64,000 bases of DNA from Pseudomonadota bacterium (GTDB lineage: Bacteria; Pseudomonadota; Alphaproteobacteria; Puniceispirillales; UBA1172): contig JAQCJL010000001.1 of the NCBI GenBank assembly GCA_027593125.1, positions 788 to 64,787 on the forward strand, in the 5' to 3' direction. The notes beneath the pieces were generated by a model. The model did no database searches and was not told where the DNA came from. It saw only the letters and a program-made list of their open reading frames with translations. Below, piece by piece: positions 30,681 through 39,517 of the stretch; the first letter of the stretch is position 1; each line of letters begins with the position of its first letter. The translations under genes and the position numbers were made by a program.

Positions 30681-32036
30681 ATGGCCATGAGTGATAGAAA
30701 AAGTAATAATATAGAAACCATTATGGCTATGCTTTTGGATAGCGCCAAAACCCATGGCGCTGATTCTGCTGATGCGATTGTTGCCGGCGGGGTATCCGAA
30801 GATGTCTCGGTTCGTTTAGGCAAACTGGAATCTATTGAACGATCCGAGGATCGCAATATTGGCCTGCGCGTTTTTGTTAATGGCCGCAATGCTGTCATTT
30901 CCACCGCTAGCACAGATCAAAACAGCATAGATACCTTAGCTGAACGGGCGGTATCCATGGCGCGTCTAGCACCCCCAGACCCTTATGCTGGATTGGCAGA
31001 AGCTGAACTTCTGGCCAAGGATATTCCCAATTTAGATTTGATGGATCATACCGTTCCCAGCAGTGAGACGCTTAAAGATCTGGCATTTACGGTTGAAGAC
31101 GCTGCCTGTTCTGTCAAAGGCATCACCAATTCTGAAGGGGGCAGTGCCTCATACGGAACTAGTGAAATTATGCTAGCCACCAGTAATGGATTTTCATCAA
31201 AGTATGAGCGCAGTGGATTCAGCATTTCTGCTGTGGCATTAGCGGAATATGATGGCAAGATGGAACGCGACTATGATTTTAGTTCAGCCGTTCATTTCAG
31301 TGATTTGCGCCCAGCCGCCGAAGTTGGGGCAAGCGCCGCTCATCGGACACTAGCCAAGCTTGGTGCGAAAAAAGCTAAAACCGGGGCTTTCCCTGTTATC
31401 TATGATCAGCGCGTGTCATCATCGATAAGTGGTCATATTGCCAGCGCCATTAATGGCGCCGCGATTGCTAGAGGCACCAGTTTTCTCAAAGACCGCATGG
31501 GTGAACCCATTACCAGCAAAGGGATCACCATTACTGATGATCCGTTAAGGCCGAGGGGTGCCGGATCATCAACCTTTGATGGTGAAGGCTTGCCCCGCAA
31601 GAAACGCATTATGATTGAAGATGGCGTTCTCAACGGCTGGCTTCTTGATCTGGCTAGCGCAAAGCAGCTTAAACTCAATCCTACCGGCAATGCCAGCCGC
31701 GGTGTCAGTTCCCCGCCCTCACCCTCAACCAGCAACTGGATCATGTCACCTGGCGCAATTAGCCGTGAAGCCCTGATCGCTGATGTTAAAGAGGGGTTTT
31801 TGGTAACCGAATTAATAGGCTCATCAGTAAGCCTGATCACTGGGGATTACAGCCGTGGGGCATCAGGGTTCTGGATTGAAAATGGTGTCATTACCTATGC
31901 GGTGACCGAAGCAACCATCGCAGGCAATCTCAAAAATATGCTGATGGCTATGACTGCGGCAGATGATCTGGATTTCAGCCGTTCCAATGTGACGCCTAGT
32001 TTGCGTATTGACGGGATGACCATAGCCGGTGGCTAA
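30681..32036 (+). CDS. pmbA: Metalloprotease PmbA (TldE).
   Basis: TldD/PmbA fold without the HExxxH motif. C-terminal GDYSRGASGFWIENG. Confidence 0.9.
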   Translation: MAMSDRKSNNIETIMAMLLDSAKTHGADSADAIVAGGVSEDVSVRLGKLESIERSEDRNIGLRVFVNGRNAVISTASTDQNSIDTLAERAVSMARLAPPDPYAGLAEAELLAKDIPNLDLMDHTVPSSETLKDLAFTVEDAACSVKGITNSEGGSASYGTSEIMLATSNGFSSKYERSGFSISAVALAEYDGKMERDYDFSSAVHFSDLRPAAEVGASAAHRTLAKLGAKKAKTGAFPVIYDQRVSSSISGHIASAINGAAIARGTSFLKDRMGEPITSKGITITDDPLRPRGAGSSTFDGEGLPRKKRIMIEDGVLNGWLLDLASAKQLKLNPTGNASRGVSSPPSPSTSNWIMSPGAISREALIADVKEGFLVTELIGSSVSLITGDYSRGASGFWIENGVITYAVTEATIAGNLKNMLMAMTAADDLDFSRSNVTPSLRIDGMTIAGG

Positions 32037-32688
32037 TCACGGACAGATCAGGCAAACTCGCCAGTTCAGCAATTGGTTTGAACTGATGGTGAAAGATCAT
32101 GGGTTCCTCCGGCTAGGTTGGCACAATCTCCACCAAATTTCAGGCGAAGCATGGCGCAGCAATCAACCAACCCCGGGGCGCATCGCCAAAGCCGCGCGGA
32201 TGGGTATCAAAACCATTATTAATCTGCGTGGCCCTCGTGATGATGGCGGTTGGCGGCTGGAAAACGAAGCCTGCCAAGATCATGGAATCACTTTAATTGA
32301 TTTCACCATTCGCTCACGTGCTGTGCCAGATCACGAAAACATTCTTGCCGCTAAAGCCCTTTTTGACAGCCTTACTTATCCGGTTCTCATGCATTGCAAA
32401 TCAGGGGCTGATCGCGCCGGAATTATGGCGGCACTTTATCTGTTGTTGCGGCAAGGCGCTGATATCGATACAGCCGCCAAACAATTATCATTTCGATTTC
32501 TTCATGTTCGCCAAGCCAAGACCGGGCTTCTTGATGCTTTTCTGGACAGCTATCGCCCTTTTGAGGCAAAAGGCGTGGGTTTCCTAGACTGGGCCGAGCA
32601 TCACCTTGATCCTGCCGCCATCACCAGCCAATTTCAGGCAAAGGGATGGGCAACACGTTTGGTGGATAGCATCCTTCGACGCGAATAG
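32029..32688 (+). CDS. Tyrosine/dual-specificity phosphatase family protein (CX5R).
   Basis: HCKSGADRAG P-loop. The GTG start at 32029 keeps the conserved NWFELMVKDHGFLRL segment. It overlaps the pmbA stop by 8 nt. Confidence 0.7.
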   Translation: MANHGQIRQTRQFSNWFELMVKDHGFLRLGWHNLHQISGEAWRSNQPTPGRIAKAARMGIKTIINLRGPRDDGGWRLENEACQDHGITLIDFTIRSRAVPDHENILAAKALFDSLTYPVLMHCKSGADRAGIMAALYLLLRQGADIDTAAKQLSFRFLHVRQAKTGLLDAFLDSYRPFEAKGVGFLDWAEHHLDPAAITSQFQAKGWATRLVDSILRRE

Positions 32689-32726
32689 CGCCTTGTCACT
32701 ATAATGTTATCATCTATGATAGCCGT

Positions 32727-34484
32727 TTAATAAAAATGTTGGCTCTGGCAAAGATCAGCATAGATGCCAGCTTTTGCAATTAGCGTCTCATGATTTCCGG
32801 CCTCAGCAACACGGCCCTCATCAATGACCAAAATGTAATCTGCGTGACGAACTGTCGCCAGACGGTGTGCCACAATAAGCGTGGTTCTTCCCTTAGCAAG
32901 GGTTTGCATCGCACCCTGGATTTGCTTTTCGGTTGCGGCATCAAGGGCGCTTGTTGGCTCATCTAACAGCAAAATAGGCGCATCACGAAGCATCGCCCTA
33001 GCAATAGCAATACGTTGACGTTGGCCACCCGAAAGGCGGTTGCCTTCTTCGCCCACCACGGTCGCGTAACCCTCTGGAAGATCGCGAATAAATCCGTCCG
33101 CCGCCGCCGCTTCAGCCGCCGCATGAACCGCCATGTCATCAGCATCAAGCTGACCAAAGGTAATATTGGCGCGCACCGTATCGTTAAACAAAAGACTATC
33201 CTGACTTACCAATGCCATCACTGATCGCAATTGTTTCAAATCAAGCTCACGCAAATCATGACCATCAAGTCGGATAACCCCCGACGCAGGATCATAAAGC
33301 CGGGGCAGTAAATTAATAATGGTGCTTTTGCCGCCGCCGCTTGGACCAACCAGCGCCAGCGTTTGGCCCGGTGAAATTGTAAAACTGATATCATCAAGTG
33401 TGACCGCGTCACCATAACGAAAGCTCACTTTATCAAACTCTAGCTTGCCTTTGATGTCATTCAGCACAATAGGCTTAGATGGCGATACCACCGCCGCTGG
33501 AGTATCAAGCAATTCATAAAGCCGCGACAACGCCGCGCCTGCCTCTTGAAGAACTGTGTTCAGGGTTCCCAAAGCGCGAACAGGCTGTGCCAGCATCAAA
33601 AGCGCGGTAATAAACCCAGCTACATTCCCAATATCAATATTGCCAGACAGCACCCGCCAACCTGCCAGTCCAATAATACCTGCGATAGCAATGCCGCCCA
33701 ATACCTCAAGGATGGGATCAATACGTGCGCGCCCCAAGGCCAGCATTCGGTGGCTTTTGAAAAGCCAAGCAAACATTTGTGACGTGCGCTGATGTTCATA
33801 ATCTTCCAGCCCATAGGCGCGGATCATGCGGCCTCCTTTGATGGTTTCCTGTAATAACGCAGTGGCTTGCCCCATCTGTTCTTGTAATTCTCTGGACCCC
33901 TGTCGTTGGCGGCGGCCAATAGAAATAATCGGGCGCATGGCAAGCGGATAAACCCCTAGCACCATAAGCGTTAAAAGCCAATCAAACCAGATCATCACGC
34001 CAAACAGCACCAGCACCGTCAAACTATCCCTGATCAGATTGCTAACCAATCTGACTAAGGCCTCACGGATGAGGTTAACATCATTAGTTAAACGGCTAAC
34101 AAAATGGCCTGACGGCGCAGCTAAAATCTGGCGCAGATCAGCAAGGATCAGATGCGATGCCATCGCTTTCTGAATATTCATCGTCACTTTGAGCGCCAAC
34201 AACGACACTTGCCGCGTCAGGCCATACATGGCTATCCCCCGGATCAGCGCAATTCCAATAATCAAAGGGGGTATCTGCCATACCAAATCAGTATTCATCG
34301 CATTAAGCGCATTGAAAACATGTTGGATCAGCATGGGGTAGGCCCCAGAAAGTGCCGAAACCACTGCCATAAAGGCAAAAATAACCAGCAAAGCGCGCCA
34401 TTCTTGGCGCACCCAATCCTGCCATAACCGGCGAAAAAGCCGGGATGTTGCGTTTTTGCTAGTGCTTTCAACAGGTGCCGTCAT
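32727..34484 (-). CDS. ABC transporter, fused permease/ATPase (MsbA-like exporter).
   Basis: 6 TM N-domain, Walker A GPSGGGKST, signature LSGGQRQRIAIARA, Walker B ILLLDEPTSALD. Trimmed to ATG 34484. Confidence 0.8.
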   Translation of the reverse strand: MTAPVESTSKNATSRLFRRLWQDWVRQEWRALLVIFAFMAVVSALSGAYPMLIQHVFNALNAMNTDLVWQIPPLIIGIALIRGIAMYGLTRQVSLLALKVTMNIQKAMASHLILADLRQILAAPSGHFVSRLTNDVNLIREALVRLVSNLIRDSLTVLVLFGVMIWFDWLLTLMVLGVYPLAMRPIISIGRRQRQGSRELQEQMGQATALLQETIKGGRMIRAYGLEDYEHQRTSQMFAWLFKSHRMLALGRARIDPILEVLGGIAIAGIIGLAGWRVLSGNIDIGNVAGFITALLMLAQPVRALGTLNTVLQEAGAALSRLYELLDTPAAVVSPSKPIVLNDIKGKLEFDKVSFRYGDAVTLDDISFTISPGQTLALVGPSGGGKSTIINLLPRLYDPASGVIRLDGHDLRELDLKQLRSVMALVSQDSLLFNDTVRANITFGQLDADDMAVHAAAEAAAADGFIRDLPEGYATVVGEEGNRLSGGQRQRIAIARAMLRDAPILLLDEPTSALDAATEKQIQGAMQTLAKGRTTLIVAHRLATVRHADYILVIDEGRVAEAGNHETLIAKAGIYADLCQSQHFY

Positions 34485-34673
34485 ATCTTCTAGATAGGCT
34501 ATCTGAGGACAAGGAACAACATCAAACCATAAGATCAAAGGTTGAAAATACAGCAAGTCTGATTACAAAGCCTTAAACAAAAGCACAAAATTGCTGGATT
34601 AACCCCTTAAAATTATGGCAAAGAGAGGCAACAAAAGGTAAATCGGATACTTAATGACCATGATGTTAGCCCC

Positions 34674-35471
34674 ATGATACCCACCTATGTGATTGCCTTT
34701 AGTGATGATGATGGTCGCCGCAAGACCCAGAAAATATCCCTCAATGCCATTGGGCTTGACCCTATTTTTGTTGATGCGGTCAGAGGCCGAGACATTCCCC
34801 CATCAGAAAAACAGCGGTTTCTTAACCCCTCACGGCAATGGCGGGTAAAGCACCCCATGAAAGATAATGCCCTAGGCTGTGCCCTTAGCCATTATAAGGC
34901 ATGGGAAATGATCCAGCAGAGTCCGACCCCCTATGGACTTGTTCTCGAGGATGACGCAACCCCGATTGAAACTAGCAAACCCATCCTGATTGATCAGTTG
35001 AACAGTCTAGCCAGCATGGCAAATCACCTTGATGTGGTCATCCTATCGCTAAGACGAAAAACCAACCGGCAAATCCCCATCGCCCCGATTGGCAAGAATG
35101 GTAAGCTGATGATGGTTAAATATTGTGACATTGGCGGCGAGAGTTATTTTATTACCCGTCCTGCGATTAATCGGCTCATGGCACATCCTGATCGCCATTG
35201 CTTTGAAGTGGATACTTTTCTTCAACACTGGTGGCGGCATAAGGTACGGCTAGTCCATCATATCCCCAGTCTCTTTGAAGAGGATGGCGGCGAAAGCCAG
35301 ATCGGATATCATGATACCCCGGAATGGGCGAATGACCGCATCTGGCATGACTGTGCAAGGCGATTTTGGCGAGCGCAGGATTCGTTAAAAAAACGGCTTC
35401 TTCTGACATCTCATTTGCGCGCCATTCATACGCAAATCGATGGGCTATCTAACCCAGACATAGAAAGTTAA
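34674..35471 (+). CDS. Glycosyltransferase family 25 (LPS/LOS core glycosyltransferase-like).
   Basis: GCALSHYKAWEMI...LVLEDDA pattern typical of GT25. Confidence 0.75.
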   Translation: MIPTYVIAFSDDDGRRKTQKISLNAIGLDPIFVDAVRGRDIPPSEKQRFLNPSRQWRVKHPMKDNALGCALSHYKAWEMIQQSPTPYGLVLEDDATPIETSKPILIDQLNSLASMANHLDVVILSLRRKTNRQIPIAPIGKNGKLMMVKYCDIGGESYFITRPAINRLMAHPDRHCFEVDTFLQHWWRHKVRLVHHIPSLFEEDGGESQIGYHDTPEWANDRIWHDCARRFWRAQDSLKKRLLLTSHLRAIHTQIDGLSNPDIES

Positions 35472-35531
35472 TCTGATGAAAACCTGTATTAAATTTTGCA
35501 ATAACAGCATGGCAGGAGCATAATAAGTTCC

Positions 35532-36245
35532 ATGATCAGCGCGTTTTCAAAAACCCGATTTGTAACGGTGTTACTGGGGATTATGGCTGGCATCTATTTT
35601 GGGCTAGCAATCCGTTCTATGCGATGGAAGAGGCTTGAAGGCGCAGGCTTAAGTGATGATCTGCCAGGGCATCAGCCCGTGATATTAGTTCATTGGCATA
35701 GCCGAATGCTTGGGTTTCCACCACTATTCGGATGGCGATATCGGCCGCACTATCTCATCTCCAGCAGTCGCGACGGCAATATTGCTGTTTTGTCCGGGCT
35801 GATTAATGGCATTCATTATATCAACGGCTCTACAGGAAAAGGAGGGGCAAAGGCTCTCTTAGGGTTGCGGCGACTTCTTAAAAAAGACCAGATGATTTGC
35901 ATCACACCTGATGGCCCGCGTGGCCCTGCCCGAATGGCAACAAATGCCGCTATCATATTAGCTGCTTCTAGTGGTGCCCCGATCATTCCATTTTCTTGGT
36001 CATCTTCAAAACACAGCCGGCAGAAAAGCTGGGATAGGCTTATGATTCCTAAATGGTTTAAGCGCGGTGTTTACGCGTTTGGTGAACCTATTTATATCAA
36101 TGGCCCATTGGATGAGGACGCCGCCAATGCTGCGCGGCTTAAAATGGAAGATGCCATCAATGAGGTGACCGCCGCCACAGATCTCTATTTTGATCATCCT
36201 GTTGATCACTTGCCAGACCGCTATGGAAGCGCAAAGAAAAAATGA
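35532..36245 (+). CDS. DUF374 protein (lysophospholipid acyltransferase-like fold).
   Basis: N-terminal TM, HWHSRM, SSSRDGNI and ITPDGPRGP motifs. Its position directly upstream of waaA is conserved in alphaproteobacteria. Confidence 0.7.
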   Translation: MISAFSKTRFVTVLLGIMAGIYFGLAIRSMRWKRLEGAGLSDDLPGHQPVILVHWHSRMLGFPPLFGWRYRPHYLISSSRDGNIAVLSGLINGIHYINGSTGKGGAKALLGLRRLLKKDQMICITPDGPRGPARMATNAAIILAASSGAPIIPFSWSSSKHSRQKSWDRLMIPKWFKRGVYAFGEPIYINGPLDEDAANAARLKMEDAINEVTAATDLYFDHPVDHLPDRYGSAKKK

Positions 36246-37555
36246 TGATTTGGTCTTATGGCAAATTATGGACGCTTTTCTCGCCATTAGTTTATTTGTG
36301 GTTAAAATGGCGCGTCATCAAAGGCAAAGAAATAGCATCACGCTTGCCAGAACGCTATGGCAGGACTGCCCTTCCAAGACCGCAAGGACAATTAATCTGG
36401 CTTCACGCAGCCAGTGTTGGCGAAACTGTTTCTGCCTTTGTTCTTGGCAGGAAAATTTGTGAAAAATGGGATGCACAGGGCAATAACTCTGATCACCATC
36501 TAAATCTGCTTATCACCACATCGACCATTACCGCGGCAAAAATGTTGTCATCCTTGGTCACGAAACATAGCTTAGAAAATCGCATTATTCATCAGATGCA
36601 GCCTCTTGACGCCCCGCGTGTTATCAAGCGGTTTTTGCACCATTGGCGCCCCGATGGCTTAATTTCTATGGAAAGCGATATCTGGCCAACGATGATTATG
36701 CAAACAGCAGATAGGGGTATTCCGGTTCTGCTTATTTCTGCCCAAATGTCGATGCGCTCACTTAAGCGATGGCAACGGATCAGTTCTTCTAATCGGCAGT
36801 TTTTGTTCTCTGCCCTTGAACGGATTGAGGCGGTTGATGAAGAAAACGCCAACCGCTTTCGTCAGATTGTTGATCCCAGCTGGACTGACATTGAGGTTAG
36901 CGGCCCTCTCAAAGCCTCTGCCATGCCACCTGACGTTGATAAAAATATAGTTCTTGAGGGCAATGCCGCCTTAAACAGCCGCTTTGTTATTCTGCTGGCA
37001 TCTAGCCATCCAGGCGAGGATGAATTGGTGTTGCGGGCCTTTCAAGCGATGCGGCAAGACACCTCAACGGTATTAATCCTGACCCCTCGCCATATTGAAC
37101 GCACCCCACAACTGATCAATATGCTTGAAAAATATGATGTAAAACCTGCTTTATTAAGCCGGGATGGCTGGCCTGATATGCAGACCAGTGTCTGCATTGC
37201 TGATGTTATGGGTCAGATGGGAAACCTTTTTGCCATGGCAGATGTCATCATCATGGGTGGTGGATTTATGCCCCATGGTGGGCATAACCCTATGGAACCT
37301 GCGGCCTTGGGTAAGGGTGTGATTAGCGGTAAAAACATCCATAAAAATGCAGCGATTTATGCTCGCCTAGATGATTTTGGCGGTGTGATCTGGGCAGATA
37401 GCCAAGTTGAGATTGAAACCGCGATCACTAGCCTGATGACAGCACCAACCCGTCTTAAGCATCTTAACAGCGCTGCCTTTTCTGCTTATCAATCTTTTAC
37501 CAAACAGGTGGATGAGGTGGCAGATCGTATTCTTGGAATGGTCAGGCAATCATGA
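36242..37555 (+). CDS. waaA: 3-deoxy-D-manno-octulosonic acid (Kdo) transferase.
   Basis: LIWLHAASVGE N-domain motif, size of 437 aa, ATGA overlap with DUF374. Confidence 0.9.
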   Translation: MMIWSYGKLWTLFSPLVYLWLKWRVIKGKEIASRLPERYGRTALPRPQGQLIWLHAASVGETVSAFVLGRKICEKWDAQGNNSDHHLNLLITTSTITAAKMLSSLVTKHSLENRIIHQMQPLDAPRVIKRFLHHWRPDGLISMESDIWPTMIMQTADRGIPVLLISAQMSMRSLKRWQRISSSNRQFLFSALERIEAVDEENANRFRQIVDPSWTDIEVSGPLKASAMPPDVDKNIVLEGNAALNSRFVILLASSHPGEDELVLRAFQAMRQDTSTVLILTPRHIERTPQLINMLEKYDVKPALLSRDGWPDMQTSVCIADVMGQMGNLFAMADVIIMGGGFMPHGGHNPMEPAALGKGVISGKNIHKNAAIYARLDDFGGVIWADSQVEIETAITSLMTAPTRLKHLNSAAFSAYQSFTKQVDEVADRILGMVRQS

Positions 37556-38574
37556 CAAGAAAGCCCCCTCAGTTTTGGTATTCTCAGAAAGGCGCTAGCC
37601 AAGTCTTGGCAGTGATGATGACCCCCTTAAGCTGGCTATGGCAACTGGTCACTGGGTTGCGCTGGCGTCTCGTTAAGCCATATCAATCTTCATTGCCGGT
37701 AATTTGTATTGGCAACCTTACTGTCGGCGGCGTTGGAAAAACGCCATGTGTTCGTACCCTTGCCTTGGCCGCAAAAGCCAAAGGGTTTACGCCTGTTATT
37801 CTGATGCGAGGCTATGGCGGCCGATTAGCTGGCCCATTATTTGTCAACGACCAACATTCCGCCAATGACGTGGGTGATGAGGCCTTAGAATTAAAAGCAA
37901 CTCTGGCTTTGCCTGTGGTTGTGTCACGTGACCGCGCTGCTGGCGCACGCTGGATAGAAACACATCATGCTGGTGATGTGATCATTATGGATGACGGATT
38001 TCAAAACCCAACCTTGCGATATGATCAGGCGGTGTTGGTATTTGATGGCGAAACCGGCATTGGCAATGGTGGCATTGTTCCTAGCGGGCCACTTCGTGAG
38101 AGCCTGCCAACCGGGCTTCGCCGAGCGAGCCATGCCCTTATCATTGGTGAGGATAAGCATCAATTAGCGAACCGTATCCATCATCTTGCCCCACACATTC
38201 CACGGGCCAGCGCGCAGAAGGGCTATCATACTAAAACGCGCCAAATGATCACGGATCAAACGACATGCAACGGCCGGTTATTAGCCTTTGCTGGTATTGG
38301 TCGCCCCCAGGGATTTTTTGATACCATCCAGGATCATGGCGGCCATCTGGTAACCAGCCTTTCTTTTGGTGATCATCACCATTATAGTGCAAAGGAATGG
38401 GAACATATCATCCGTATGGCAGAGACCAATCAAGCGCGGCTTGTGACCACAATGAAAGATTATATGCGCTTAAGCCCATCGCAAAAGGCTATGGTGACGC
38501 CTTTGCCCTTGGAATTGCGGATTGATGATGAGAAATGGATAACCCAATTGCTGGCAGGATTAGATAAGGACTAG
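37552..38574 (+). CDS. lpxK: Tetraacyldisaccharide 4'-kinase.
   Basis: GNLTVGGVGKTP P-loop, IMDDGFQN. ATGA overlap with waaA. Confidence 0.9.
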   Translation: MTRKPPQFWYSQKGASQVLAVMMTPLSWLWQLVTGLRWRLVKPYQSSLPVICIGNLTVGGVGKTPCVRTLALAAKAKGFTPVILMRGYGGRLAGPLFVNDQHSANDVGDEALELKATLALPVVVSRDRAAGARWIETHHAGDVIIMDDGFQNPTLRYDQAVLVFDGETGIGNGGIVPSGPLRESLPTGLRRASHALIIGEDKHQLANRIHHLAPHIPRASAQKGYHTKTRQMITDQTTCNGRLLAFAGIGRPQGFFDTIQDHGGHLVTSLSFGDHHHYSAKEWEHIIRMAETNQARLVTTMKDYMRLSPSQKAMVTPLPLELRIDDEKWITQLLAGLDKD

Positions 38575-38576
38575 AT

Positions 38577-39494
38577 ATGATCCCATTTCTTGCATTGTGG
38601 TTTCGCCGACTTATCATTTGGCCACTTGGTGCAGTTTTGATTAATATGGTCATGGCACTGCGCTTTATTATCCCTGTGCATTGGTCAAGTGCCGTTATTG
38701 GTGGACTTGTTCGCTTTATTGGGCCATGGACACCGTGGCATCGCCGAGCCCAAAATAATCTGCGGCTTGTGATGCCAGAATTGACCGCATCTGAAGTGCG
38801 CAACATCCTTATGAAAATGTGGTGGAATATTGGCCGAAATGCTGGTGAGTTTGCCTATCTGGAACATCTGGCAGGGCAATCCTTAAATCACCTGAACGGA
38901 GATGAAGCCCTGGATGATATTGCCAAGACAGGCGGGTTTATCATTAGCGGCCATCTTGGCAATTGGGAAATGTGCTGTATCCCTTTTATTCGCCGCAATT
39001 TACCCTTTTCGATTATTTATCGCCCTCTTAATAATCCACTGGCTAAAAACGCGCTTAATAAGCGGCTAGAATTGGCAGATAAAACCTATACCAAGGGCAG
39101 AGAATCCGCGCGTGGCATTATCGAAACCGCTCGCAGAAAACATATTATGATTATTCTGGTGGATCAAAAATTGCGCGAGGGCATGGTCGTACCCTTTTTT
39201 GGCAAAGGGGTCACAACGCCTGTGTCATATATCAAAGCTGCACTTAATCATGATGTTCCCCTGATTATGATGCGCATTCGGCGGATGCGAGGCTGTCAAT
39301 TTTCGGTAAATCTTGAAAAACTAGATTGCCAGGCCATCATAGCGGAACATCCAAATACTGATCCTGTTCTGGCTATTGCCACGGTCATCAATGAAAATCT
39401 AGAGAGCTGGATTAGAGAAACCCCTGAGCAATGGTTCTGGCCACATCGCCGCTGGCCTGAAAGTAAGGGGGAAGCCCCTTATGAATTGGACTAA
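38577..39494 (+). CDS. Lipid A biosynthesis lauroyl/myristoyl acyltransferase family (LpxL/HtrB-like).
   Basis: N-terminal TM, GHLGNWE catalytic H motif, VDQK..., WFWPHRRW C-terminus. Confidence 0.8.
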   Translation: MIPFLALWFRRLIIWPLGAVLINMVMALRFIIPVHWSSAVIGGLVRFIGPWTPWHRRAQNNLRLVMPELTASEVRNILMKMWWNIGRNAGEFAYLEHLAGQSLNHLNGDEALDDIAKTGGFIISGHLGNWEMCCIPFIRRNLPFSIIYRPLNNPLAKNALNKRLELADKTYTKGRESARGIIETARRKHIMIILVDQKLREGMVVPFFGKGVTTPVSYIKAALNHDVPLIMMRIRRMRGCQFSVNLEKLDCQAIIAEHPNTDPVLAIATVINENLESWIRETPEQWFWPHRRWPESKGEAPYELD

Positions 39495-39517
39495 AAGAAG
39501 TTCAAGGCGATACGCGT

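Noticed and set aside
23182-32036. TldD and PmbA as a peptide-maturation system (microcin B17-like) or antitoxin-degrading system.
   Set aside because: The two genes are 6 kb apart. No precursor peptide, cyclodehydratase, immunity or export genes flank either one. They look like the ubiquitous housekeeping pair.
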